In this document: positions 39,730 through 52,400 of the stretch, piece by piece
Position numbering within the stretch: position 1 is the stretch's first letter
Layout: every line of letters starts with the position of its first letter
Notes under the pieces: generated by a model
What the model saw: the letters and a program-made list of their open reading frames with translations, nothing else
Database searches by the model: none
Told to the model about the DNA's origin: nothing
Translations under genes and position numbers: made by a program
From: the human T2T-CHM13v2.0 reference genome, Homo sapiens
Reading direction: 5' to 3' (one strand)
NCBI RefSeq assembly: GCF_009914755.1
Contig: NC_060932.1
DNA length: 64,000 nt

Positions 39730-42700
39730 TGTAGATGTTCTTGTGTGGACATAAGCTTTTATTTATCTGGGATAAATGCCTAGAAGTGCAAATTGCACCA
39801 TAGAATAGAAAATGTTTGTTTAGTTTTAAATAAAATGCCAAATTATATTCTATAGTGGCTACAGAATATAGATAACATTTTATATCCTACCAATAATGTA
39901 TAAAAGATCCAGTTTCTCTACATCCCTGCAAGGTTTGGGTATTGTCACTTAAAATTTTGGTTCTGCTCATCATAGTCTTCATTTACATATCCCTCAAGTC
40001 TGATAATGATGAACAACTTGTTATATGTATGTTATATCCTCTTTGTTATATGCCATGTATGTTATATCCTCTTTGTTGAGAAGATTTCTCTTCCTGTTTC
40101 TTGCCCATGTTCTGACAATATTGTTAGATTATAATTTTTTGGTGCCTTGTCTCTGTTTTTCTGTTAATTGTGCTAGAGGTTTTTCAAAGAACTACATTAA
40201 TTTTTACTGATTTTTATATTGTGGTCTGTAATCCATTCAATGAATTCTGCCCTTTTAATATTTGCCTATTTTTTAGTTGCTTTGGCTTTTATTTTGCTCT
40301 CATTTTTAATTTTTTTGAGATAATATTTTAGATTTCTGATTTGAAGTGTCCTTTCTAATATAGGATTTAGTTCTATAATTTCCTTGTTAGCACTGCATTT
40401 GCTGCATCCCCAAAATTCTGACATCTTGTGTTTCTATTTTCATCGGTTCAATATGTTTTTATTTCCCTTAAGTCTTTCTCTTTGACAAATGGATTTTTTT
40501 CCTTTCCTTTTTTAAATAGACTTTAGTTTTTCAGAGCAGTTTTCAGTTCACAGCAAAGTTGAGTGTAAGGTACAAAAATTTCCTGTATACCACCTGTCCC
40601 TACACAAGCACAGCCCCCTCTGTAGTCAACATCCCCCACCAGAGGGGGGGATGAAGTTATAGCTGATGAACTTACAGTGACACATCATTACCATCCAGAG
40701 TCCATAGTTCACATTACAGTTGACTCTTGGTGTTGCATATGTTATGGGTTTTGATATATATAGTGGCAGTTATCTGCCATTATAGTATCATAGTCGTTTC
40801 ACTACCCTAAACATCTTTTGAGCTCTTCCTATTCACCCCTATCTTCCCCCCACCCCAAGAAACCACTCATTTTTAAAACTTGTCTCCGTACTTTTTCCTT
40901 TTTCAAAATGTCATATAGTTGGATCATACAATAGTTACCCTTTTCATATTGGCTTATTTTACTTAGTGGTATGACTTTAAGTTTCTTCCATGTCTTTTCA
41001 TGACTTAATAACTCATTTCTTTTTAGTACTGAATAATATCCAATTTTCTGAATGTACAACAGTTTATTTATCCATTCACCTACAGACAGACTTCTTTGTT
41101 ACTTCCATGTTTTAGAAATTATAAACAAAACTGTTCTAAACATCCATATTCAGGTTTTGAGTGGACATAAGTTTTCAACTTCTTTGGGTAATATCATGGA
41201 GTGTGATTGCTAGATCATATGGTAAAACAGTGTTTAGTTTTTTTAAAATTGCCAAACTGTCTTCCAAAGTAATTGTAGAACTTTCCATCTCCATCACCAA
41301 TAAATGAAAGTTGCTTTTGCTCCACAATCTCACCAGTAACTGTTGTTGTCCATGTTCTGGATTTGGACCATTCTAATAGGTGTGTAGTGGTATATTATTG
41401 TTGTTTTAATTTGTATTTATCTGATGATATACAACGTGGTGCATATTTTCATATGCTAATTTTCATCTGTATATATTCTTTGGTAAGGTATCTGTTAAGG
41501 TTTCTGGCCCATTTTTAATATTTTCATACGCTAATTTTCATCTGTATATATTCTTTGGTAAGATATCTGTTAAGGTTTCTGGCCCATTTTTAATATTTTC
41601 ATACGCTAATTTTCATCTGTATATATTCTTTGGTAAGGTATCTGTTAATGTTTCTGGCCCATTCTTAATTGGAATTTTTGTTTTGATATCATTGAGTTTT
41701 AACAGTTCTTTGCATATTTTCCTTAGCATCTTTTATCTGCTATGTTGTCTGCAAATATTTTTGTCCAATCTGCAGTGTGTCTTTTTGCTCTCTTGAGAAT
41801 GTCTTTCATAGAGCAGAAAATTTTAATTTTAATGAGGTCCAGTTTATCAGTCGTTTCTTTTGTGCATCATGCCTTTGGCATAGAATCTAAAAAGTCATCG
41901 CAAAAGTGAAGGTCATCTAGACTTTGTACTATGTTATCTTCTAGGAGTTTTTAAATTATTGTCTTTTATAATTGGAGCTGTGTTCCATTTGGAATTAATT
42001 TTTGTGAAGGGTGTAATATTTCTGTCTAAGTTCTTTCTTTTTTATTTTTCTGCATTGCCTGTGGATGTCCATTTTTTCCAGGATCATTTGTTGAACAGGC
42101 TATATTTACTCCATTGTATTTTTTTGCTCCTTAGTCAAAGATTAGTTGACTGTATTTATGTCGGCCTATTTCTAGGCTTTCTCTTCTGTTCCATTGATCT
42201 ATTTGTCTGTTTCTTTCCTAACATCATGCTGTCTTGATGACTGTAGCTTTAGAGTATGTCTTGAAGTTTTATAGTGTTAATCCTTCAACTTTGATCTTGT
42301 TTTTCAATAGTGTGATGGCTATTCTGTGTCTTTTGCCTCTCTCTATATATTTTAGAATCAATTTGTCAATATCCAAAATTACTTGCTGGAATTTTGATTG
42401 GAATTTTATTAAATCTGTAGTTCAAGTTTGGAAGAACTGACATCCAGACAATATTGAGTCTCCCCGTCCATGAATATAAAATATATTCCATTTATTTAGT
42501 ACTTCTTTGATTTATCAGAGTTTGATAGTTTTCCTCTTATAGAATTTTTATGTATTTAATTAGCTTTATATTAACTTACCTGACATGTGACCGAGAATAT
42601 CTTTCCCTTTTTTATAATTTTAGTAGAAAATCTTTGGATTTCCCACCGTTAAGTATGGTATCAGCTCTTGGTTTGGTAGGTAATTTTTATCAAGTTGAGG

Positions 42701-43880
42701 ATGTCCCCCATCTATTCCTAGTTTACTGAGAGTTTTTATCACGCATGAGTGTCGGATGAGTTTTCTGGATCTATTGATACAGACATGTGATTTTTCTTCT
42801 TTAGCCTGTTGATTTGATGTAATACATTAATTGAATTTCAAATTTTGAATAAGCTTTGTATATCAACTATGATAGTGGATTCTTCCATTTCTTCTTGAAG
42901 TTCTGTCAGTTTAGCCTTACATATTTGTATGCTCTATTATCAGGTGTATACATGCTAAGGATTGTTACGTCTTTTTTGGATAATTTATTTACCGTTGCTT
43001 AATGTCCCTCTTTTTCCCTAAACCTTTCCTTGTTGAAGTCTGTGCCACCTGGAATCAATAAAAACTATTGCTTTCTTCAGGTTAGTGTTAGCATGGCACA
43101 TCTTTCTCCATTCACTGACTTTTAATCCATATATGCCTTTAACATTGAAAGTGGATTTCTTGCAGATAACATATCATTTGGTCTTATTTCTTCATCCATT
43201 TTGACAATCTTTATTTTTTAATAAGCACATTTAAGACCACTGATGTTAAAAATAATTTTTGATACAGTTGGATGAATATCCACAATATTTCTTATCCTTG
43301 TGAATTTATTGCCCTTGTTCTTTATTCTTATTTTAGTCTTCCATGTTTTACAGCTTTTGTAGTTTTAACACTTAACATAATTCTATTCTCTCTCCTTATT
43401 AGCACAACAGTTATATATTGTTTTACTTTTATTAGTGGTAGCACTAAACCTTGTAAAATATGTTTACAACTAAACCAAGTCCGCCTTCAAAACAACACTA
43501 CACTGATTCACAGGTGGTGTATCTTATAATAACAAAATCCTCCTAATTCCTGCCTCTCCTTCCTTCTATTATTGTTGTCACTCATTTTGCTTATACACAA
43601 TCCTATACAATCTAATACATTGTTATTATTTTGAATAAACTGTTATATGTTAGATAAATAACATTTCATTTGTTTCTCTTTTTTAGAATTTGCATTTTCT
43701 GCATACATTGCTTATTTGTTCTTGCATGTGGTCTATTTTATCTATTAAAGCTTGTGGTATATTAATCATAGTTGTTTCAAATGCTTGTTCTAATAAATCC
43801 AGTGTCCCTGCCATATCTGCACCTGGTCATGCTTGCCCTATCTCTGTAAACTGTGATGTCTTTTTTCCGTGTATTATGAT
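39730..43880 (-). mobile_element. Cluster of old L1M fragments, including an L1MC/MD-like 3' end from ~40510
   Basis: aatagactttagtttttcagagcagttttcagttcacagcaaa; gtggacataagttttcaact; degenerate ORF2 reverse strand. Confidence 0.85.
41443..41669. repeat. Tandem triplication, 3 x 75 bp
   Basis: Units start at 41443, 41518 and 41593 (atattttcata(t/c)gctaattttcatctg...ctggcccatt(t/c)tta); 4 variable positions. Confidence 0.97.
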
Positions 43881-43894
43881 TTGCAATATTTTCT

Positions 43895-46839
43895 TTTTTA
43901 ATTGTTTTTATTATAATTTAAGTTCAGAGATAAATGTGCAGAATGTGCAGGTTTGTTATATAGGTATACACGTGCCATGGTGGTTTGCTGCATCCATCAA
44001 CCTGTCATCTAAGTTAGGTATTCCTGCTAATGCTATCCCTTCCCTGCCCCACCCCACCTCTTGACAAGCTCCAGTGTGTGTTGTCTCCTTCCCTGTGTCC
44101 ATGCGTTCTCATTGTTCAGCTCCCACTTACGAGTGAGAACATGTGGTGTTTGGTTTTCTGTTCTTGTGTTACTTTGCTGAGAATGATGGTTTCCAGCTTC
44201 ATCCATGTCCCTGCAAAGGACATGAACTCATCCGTTTTTATGGCTGCATAGTATTCCATGATGTATATGTGCCACATTTTCTTTATCCAGTCTATCATTG
44301 ATGGGCATATGGGTTGGTTCCAAGTCTTTGCTATTGTGAACAGTGCAGCAATAAACATATGTGGGCATGTGTCTTTATAGCAGAATGGTTTATAACCCTT
44401 TGGGTATATACTCAATAATGGGATTGCTGGGTCAAATGTATTTCTGGTTCTAGAGCCTTGAGGAATCGCCACTCTGTCTTCCAAAATGTTTGAACTAATT
44501 TACACTCCCATCAACATTGAAAAGCGTTCTCCACATTCTCTCCAGCATGTGCTATTTCCTGACTTTAATGATCACCATTCTAACTGACGTGAGATGGTAT
44601 CTCATTGTGGTTTTGATTTGCATTTCTCTAATGACCAGTGAAGATGAGCATTTTTTCATGTCTGTTGGCTGCATAAATGTCTTTTTTTGAAAATTGTCTG
44701 TTCATATAGTTTGCCAATTTTTGATGGGGTTGTTTGTTTTTTTCTCATAAATTTGTTTAAGTTCTTTGTAGATTCTGGATATTAGTCCCTTGTCGGATGG
44801 ATAGATTGCAAAAATTTTCCCCCATTCTGTAGGTGGCCTGTTCACTCTGATGATAGTCTCTTTTGCTGTGCAGAAGCTCTTTAGTTTAACGAGATCTCGT
44901 TTGTCAATTTTGGCTTTTGTTGCCATTGCTTTTTTTGTCTTAGTCATGAAGTCTTTACTCCTGCCTATGTCCTGAATGGTATTGCCTAGGTTTTCTTCTA
45001 GGGGTTTTATGGTTTTAGGTCTTTGTTTAAATCTTTAATCCATCTTGAGTTAATTTTTGTATAAAGTGTAAAGAAGGGGTCCAGTTTCAGTTTTCTGCAT
45101 ATGGCTAGCCAGTTTTCCCAGCACCATTTATTAAATAGGGAATCCCTTCCCCATTGCTTGTTTTTGTCAGGTTTGTGAAAGATCAGATGGTTGTAGATGT
45201 GTGGTATTATTTCTGAGGACTCATTCTGTTCCATTGATATATATATATATTGGTACCATTGGTATATATATGTATATATATGTCTGTTTTGGTACCAGTA
45301 CCATGCTGTTTTGGTTACTGTAGCCTTGTAGTATAGTTTGAAGTAAGGTAGCATGATGCCTCCAGCTTTGTTCTTTTTGCTTAGGATTGTCCTGGCTATG
45401 TGGGCTCTTTTTTGGTTCCTTATGAAGTTTAAAGTAGTTTTTTCCAATTCTGTGAAGAAAGTCAGTGGTAGCTGGACAGGGATAGCATGGAATCTATAAA
45501 TTACTTTGGGCATGTGGCCATTTTCATGATATTGATTTTTTCTATCCATGAGCATGGAATGTTTTCCCATTTGTTTGTGTCCTCTCTTATTCCCTCGAGC
45601 AGTGGTTTGTAGTTCTCCTTGAAGAGGTCCTTCATATCCCTTGTAAGTTGTATGCCTAGTTGTTTTATTTTCTTTGTAGCAATTATGAATGGGAGTTCAC
45701 TCATGATTTGGCTCTCCATTTGTCTGTCATTGCTTATAGGAATGCTTGTAATATTTTCACATTTATTTTGTATCCTGAGACTTTGCTGAAGTTGCTTCTC
45801 AGCTTAAGGAGATTTTGGGCTGAGACAATGGGGTTTTCTAAATATACAATCATGTCATCTGCAAACAGAAATATTTTGACTTATTCTATTCCTATTTGAA
45901 TACCCTTTATTTCTTTTGACTGATTGCCTGGTCAGAACTTCCAATACTGTGTTGAATAAGAGTGGTGAGAGAGGGCATCCTTGTCTTGTGCCAGGTTTTA
46001 AAGGAAATGCTTCTAGGTTTTTGCCCATTTAGTATGATATTGGTTGTGGGTTTGTCATAAATAGCTCTTATTATTTTGAGATATGTTCCATCAATAACTA
46101 GTTTATTGAGAGCTTTTAGCATGAAGGGTGTTGAATTTTGTTCAAAGGCCTTTTCTGCATTTATTGAGATAATCATGATCAACAAAATGGATAGACCTCT
46201 AGTCAGACTAATAAAGAAGTAAAGAGAGAAGAATCAAATAGACACAAAAAAAATGATAAAAAGAATATCACCACTGATCACACAGAAATACAAGCTACCC
46301 TCAGAGAATACTATAAACACCTCTATGCAAATAAAATAGAAAATCGAGAAGAGATGGATGAATTCCTGGACACGTACACCTTCCCAAGTCTAAACGAGGA
46401 AGAAGTCAAATCCTTGAATAGACCAATAACAAGTTCTGAAATTGAGGCAGCAATTAATAGCCTACCAACCAAAAAAAGTCCAGGACCAGACGGATTCACA
46501 GCCGAATGCTACCAGAGGTACAAAGAAGAGCTGGTACCATGCCTTCTGAAACTATTCCAAACAATAGAAAAAGAGGGAATCCTCCCTAACTCATTTTATG
46601 AGGCCAGCATCATCCTGATACCAAAACCTGGCAGAAACACAACAAAAAAGAAAATTTCAGGCCAATATCCCTCATGAACATTGATGCGAAAATCCTCAGT
46701 AAGATACCGGCAAACCGAATCCAGCAGCCCATCAAAAAGCTTATCCACCACGATCAAGTTGGCTTTATCCCTGGGATCAAGGCTGTTTCAACATACACAA
46801 ATCAATAAACGTTAATTCTTCACATAAACAGAACCAATG
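43895..46839 (-). mobile_element. L1PA7-like element with 5' inversion (46178-46839 on +)
   Basis: 3' UTR to RT on the minus strand up to 46177; upstream ORF2 piece on the plus strand; TSD-like tgcaatattttc (43882) / tgcaacgttttc (46838). Confidence 0.93.
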
Positions 46840-46850
46840 CAACGTTTTCC

Positions 46851-48880
46851 TGATTCAGTCAGGCATGACGTACTGAATAAAAGGTGCTGTTACAAACTTG
46901 CCTTCAGTAATGTTGTGTTAAGGTGGGGGAGGGGAGTGTTCTACAGCTTGTGAGTAGGACTCAGTCTTTTAGCTGGCCTGTGCCTCTGAACTGTGGCTTC
47001 ACATATGCTGCTCAGTCACCCCCGCTTAGGTTGGACAGGATGGCTGGAAGGGGTTGGAGTAGGGTATTTCCCTTCTCCAAGGTGAGTTAGGCTCTGATAA
47101 AACACCAGCAAGTTAGGCTCAGGTTACCTAGTTTCTCTTGAGGGCAGGCCTTGCTAAGAAGAACATAGTGCCTGAGCTATTTTTTTTTTTCATGATCTGT
47201 GGTTTTCTTTTTAATTATCTTGTCTTATGATCACACATAATTTTAAAACTTGTGTATATCTCCTCTACTTTAATCCTTTTAAGTTGGCAAAAGCACCATT
47301 CCAATCACAAATACACAGCAGTTCTACAGTTTTATGTTTCTGAATGGCTGTTTAAAGACAATCCTAAATTATAACTTAGTTTGACTTAGATTGTGAAGAA
47401 TTCAAGAATGAAGTTTAACTTACTACTATTTTAAAAGCATGTGACCTTACAGATCAATAAAATGTAAGAAGTGTTAAATAATCTTTGATATTACACATAA
47501 ATCACACTAAAATGCCTTTCAATAAGTAAAAGGAACCATTTTAAATATAGGGAATTCTAATTACACTGGCATAGTTAAGGCCAAAAATATAAAGTAGACA
47601 TTGCTACCTTATTTATCTTCAACCCTTGCCTTTAAGAGGCAAATTAACACAAAACACAAGTGAATCTTGCTTGGTTCTGAGACAGTGAAGAAATTTCCCC
47701 CGTATTTAAATATACTCACATAACCAGTTATATAAATCTAAATATAAAACCAATCTCCAGTAAGTTTTAAGATGGTACTCAGCGTCTTTGTGAAAAGTTG
47801 AACATTACTAATGAAGTCTAACATATCTTTAGAAGGGGTGAATAGCGATAGCATTTACTGAATTGGAATTACTATTAAAATTCAAAAACTGAACATATTC
47901 ATTTAACCACAAGCCAGTCTTTGTTTTAAATCAGGACTGCCCAACAAAATATTCTGTCAGTCATTCATGATCTGAATTCTGGTGTATGAGATCTCTTAAA
48001 GTATGGTGGACATAAAAAACTCACGGGACATTCTGTTTTGTAATAAATAAGGCAGTGGCCAACTCATTAGTAGCTTTTTTGAGATAAGCTATCAAGTCTG
48101 CCCTTTCTACCTTCTTAATGCAGGCAAAGATCATTTTTGTTCCAAGGATGTGCTTCTTGGGAGTCTCCAAATACACCATCAGTGTATCCTCTCCCCAGGT
48201 GATGCCTTTGTTCTTATTAGCATCTGTGTAAGAGAATCCAACAGCCTGACCTGTCTTCTACCCGAAGAGACCATGGAGATTAGGCCCAGTCTTGTGCTTG
48301 CCTCCCTTTTCCATGATGTGGCACTGGACACACTTCTGAACAAAGATCTTCTTGCCTTTCTCAACATCACCCATATTTAATTCTCTTTTAAGTCTCTTGA
48401 GCAATGAAGGTTCCTGCTCCGAAGCCAGACGTCACACTCTATTGCCTTAGCTATTTTTAAATGTTTTCCCCTCCTACCAGCAGCATTGGGGATTTTTCTC
48501 CAAAATCCACTATGAGAATCTGGTCAAGATCCTGGAAGTAAAAATTACAGAAGTGTGGAGACACTGATAACTATGCTCCCCTAGAGTTCTTATCTCTCAG
48601 ACTTGTCCACACTGAGCCTCCAGCAAGTCATCAATGATACTTCAGGCTTCCCCACCTCAGCACCGGTTTCTGCAGAGGTTTTTACTCAGTGATTTCTGTT
48701 CCAACAATCCGTGATTCTTGGAATATGACTGTCTGTCCTTCCAATTTTGGGGACAGTGGTTTTCCCCAATGGAGATAAGGAGAGTTGTCGATTTTTCAGT
48801 TCGTTTGGCTTTTTCCTTGTTGCCAGGATGGGGTAGAAACTTCTAGGTTCTTACACATTGAACTGGAAACCTGAAGCCCC
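46851..48880 (-). mobile_element. Old L1M 5'-region relic, split by the CYCS retrocopy
   Basis: Sequence either side of the CYCS TSD is continuous and resembles an L1MC/MD 5' UTR. Confidence 0.5.
47180..48442 (-). pseudogene. CYCS: Processed cytochrome c pseudogene, full length (5' UTR, CDS 48374-48063, ~880-nt 3' UTR, poly-A)
   Basis: [103 protein letters not shown]; intronless; TAG at 48258-48260; natural stop deleted; TSD tgcct(g/t)agctatttt at 47169 and 48443. Confidence 0.98.
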
Positions 48881-49222
48881 TGATACTCAGAATTTTAGAA
48901 AGGGGGTGTTTAGTTTCTAAGTATTTGGGGATTTATCTTTCTAGAGTTGATTTTTAGTCTGATTCCAGAGAACATACTCTATATGATTTCATTTTTTTCA
49001 TCCTCTGCATCATATATCATATAATTTTGATTGAGGAAGACACAAATATATGGAAAGAACTCAGAATGGCATAGATTCTCTTCTGGCCTCTCTTTTATTT
49101 TATTGGTTGATGTGTCTGTTTTTATTAGTATTATACTGTTTTAATTCCTAGCTTTGAAATACAGTTTGAAGCCAGGTAGTGTGGTGTCTCCAGCTACACT
49201 CTTTTGGCTCAAGATTGCCTTT

Positions 49223-49224
<2 letters not shown>

Positions 49225-49268
<44 letters not shown>
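49225..49268. repeat. (TG)22 microsatellite
   Basis: Directly visible. Confidence 0.98.
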
Positions 49269-49269
<1 letters not shown>

Positions 49270-49430
49270 TTTTAAGAGAAAAGCATGAAAGATAATTCTG
49301 TGTTCAGGGATTGGAAAAATTAATGTTGTTAAAACGTCTATATTACCCCCAAAAGATTAATAGATTCATTAAATTTTTTACCAAAATTTCAATTTTACTT
49401 TTTTAGAGATAAGCTCTAAAATTAATACAG

Positions 49431-49432
<2 letters not shown>

Positions 49433-49478
<46 letters not shown>
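49433..49478. repeat. (AC)23 microsatellite
   Basis: Directly visible. Confidence 0.98.
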
Positions 49479-49484
<6 letters not shown>

Positions 49485-52400
49485 AACCAAGGCAATTCCT
49501 ATACATAGGTATAGGAATTAAAACAGCAGAATACTGATAAAAAAAAATAGACACACTGACCAATGAAACAAAATAGAGAGGCCAGAAAAGAACCTGTGTG
49601 ATTATGATCAATTGATTTTTACAATGGCCCCAATAATACAAAATGGGAAAAGAACAGTCTCCAATAACAGGGTGACAAGAAAATGGAATTTTCATGTTCA
49701 GGAGAATGAAATTGGGTTCTTATCTAACACCATATATAAAAACAACTCTAAACATTATATGACTTTGGTCTGGGCAATGACTTTTTGGATTTGCCTCCAT
49801 AAGCTCAGGCAACAATAGCAACAACAACAAAAAATAAACAAACAGGATTATATCAAACTCTAAAGCTTCCTCACAGCAAAGAAAATGAACAGAGTGATGA
49901 GGCGACCTATATCATGGGAGAAATATTTATAAGCTGTACATGTGATAAGGTGTTAGTAATCAAAATATATAAGGAACTAAAACAACTTCAAAGTACAAAA
50001 CAAATAACCCATTAAAATTGGGCAAAGGACTCATTTTGAGACATTTCTCAAAAGAAGACATAATAATGGCCAACATTTATGTACATGTGAACCTATGAAG
50101 CAATGCTTAACATCACTAATCATTAGGAAAATTAGAAACTCAATGGGCTATCACCTCATATCTATCAAATGGCTATTATCAAAAAGGTGAAAGATAAGTG
50201 TTGGCAAAAATGTAGAAAAAAGGGAACCCCTGTATGCTGTTGGTGGCAATGTAAATTTATACAAGCCACGTTGTAAACTGTGAAGAGCTTTCTCTAAAAA
50301 CTGAAATAGAACCACCACTCTGTGTAGAGCCAGCAATCCCATTTCTGAGTATATATGCAAATGATTTGAAATAAGTATATTGAAGAGACATCTGCAATTT
50401 CATGTTAATTGCTACTCCACTCACAATAGCCAACACACAGAATCAACCTAAATGTCCATCAACTGATAAATGGATAAATAAAATATGGTATATGTATACA
50501 TAATGGAATAGTATTCAACCTTAAAAAAGAAGGACATTATATCATAGAAGAATCTGGGGGACATTATGCTAAGTAAAGTCAGCCAGACACAGAAAGACAA
50601 ATGTTCCCACTTATATGTAGAATCAAAACCATGGAACTCTCAGAAGAGAAGTAGTATTTACAGAGACTGGAGAATAGGGGGAATGGAGAGATTTTGGTCA
50701 AAAGGTACAATGTTTTGTTAGACTAGAGTAAGAGATGATAAGTATCTGAGGGGAAAAATGCCCAAGCTTATTACTGGGCCTTTGCAGGCATGAGTGGGTA
50801 TGGGGCCATGGCTTTTCTGTAGCATTTGGCTAAAGAATATCAATTATTGTATAACAGTTTCTGTCTTGCTAGACTGCCCCTCTCAGGTCACGTGGCTAGA
50901 AGGAGTAGGCTTCTCTTAGGTTTACTGGTCTGCATCCATTGGTATTTCTGGGCTGCCAGCCTCTCCACTATCTTGTTTGGGGGATATGACACAGAGAGGC
51001 AAACCCAGAGAACTTGTCACGTGTTGTGAGGGTCCTGGGGTCTCTGGGTTCTTAGTCTGCCTGCCTCTTCTCTCTCTTTCAGGGTGTCCTTACATTCATT
51101 TTATGTATGTTGTCCAGGGTTTGTGATGATACTTAGGAAGAGGAATAAGGAAAAGTACATCTATTCTATCTCCAACATAGTACTATGTTTATTTTTAAAC
51201 TGTTAATGCCATTTTTTAAAAGAAAAATTATTTGACTTATTTTGATTACTCTGATTGTTAGTTTCTCACTCTTGATAACCCCAATGAATAGTGACAAAAA
51301 ATATTTTTAAAGTTGACAGTGGAAGTAAAATTATCATGTGGCTCTTGTTGTAACTGCTGAGTAGTCTGGAGAGAGAACTTTTAACATGTAGAGACATTGT
51401 TATGTAGGCTTATTTTGTAAAATAATGTTTTCTATAATGCAATGCCTAGATTTCACCTTATTTTTACACATATATGACTCAAATAAGAGTAGATTTTATA
51501 TGAGTAAACAATACTGAGGAATTTACGTGGCTTAAGATAATTTAACCCAATTTAATTTTTACACAGTTATTTTAAACCTCAAATGTTAAATATAAAATAC
51601 CTGTAAACTGCTGCTAAATTATGAGTTGCAGTGGATTCTATTGAAGGAGAGACTGGAAACCCAGGACAGTTTGTTCTGGTGGAGGCCACTGTCTGCATAA
51701 CAAGAAGCTGGTTGTCTCCATACCTCCCTTACCCCATTAGTTACCATTCAATAGAACATTTTTCATCCCGAAAATATTGAACAACATTCATTCATCAAAG
51801 TCAAATTTTCTATTTCTTGCTCTGATCTCTCTTTACCAGACTTTAGATAGGTAAGCTAATAGGTAACTGTGAGTGATGTCTAAAAGTACTGTTACTAAGA
51901 TGGTTTCTTACAGTATTTCAAAATTGTATGTGGCTTGTGATGCAAATTATTTTTTGCCTTGCTTACTGCTGATTTGGGAATAATAATTGAAGGCTATCAT
52001 TTTCACTTAATTTTATATAGCTTAATAGCTATTTGCGTGTAAAGCTTTCATCAGAACGTATTATAAATGAAATGTTTGAGTATTTAAGATTTCATTATGA
52101 GACCAGGCTTGTTTTAGAGGGATTTAAGATTATACTTTACACATATTTCTACAGAAAACAAAACATTATTTTGGGGGTAGAAGCAAATAATATTTACCAC
52201 TTTGTTCTCCTGTGTCCCCATCTCAAATATATTGAAGGCAAGAGAATATACCTATTTATTAACAATTAATGCCAAAAATTGTTGAACTTGTTTACAGAAA
52301 CTTATTGGAAGATTTTACTTATCTGCTGCCCATATGTCCTCCCATGCATCCAAGAATTCCAACAGTATGATAAGTAATTTGCAAATCTTTGAAAAATTCT

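Larger units (their letters stand above)
49030..50750 (+). mobile_element. L1MA-like 3' part containing an inverted duplication
   Basis: gaagacacaaatatatggaaaga...; ORF2 tail and L1MA-type 3' UTR (ttggtcaaaaggtacaa). Confidence 0.8.

Noticed and set aside
48150-48380. ORFs of 63 and 76 aa over the CYCS copy
   Set aside because: Off-frame and antisense readings of the pseudogene; the true frame has a stop at codon 39.
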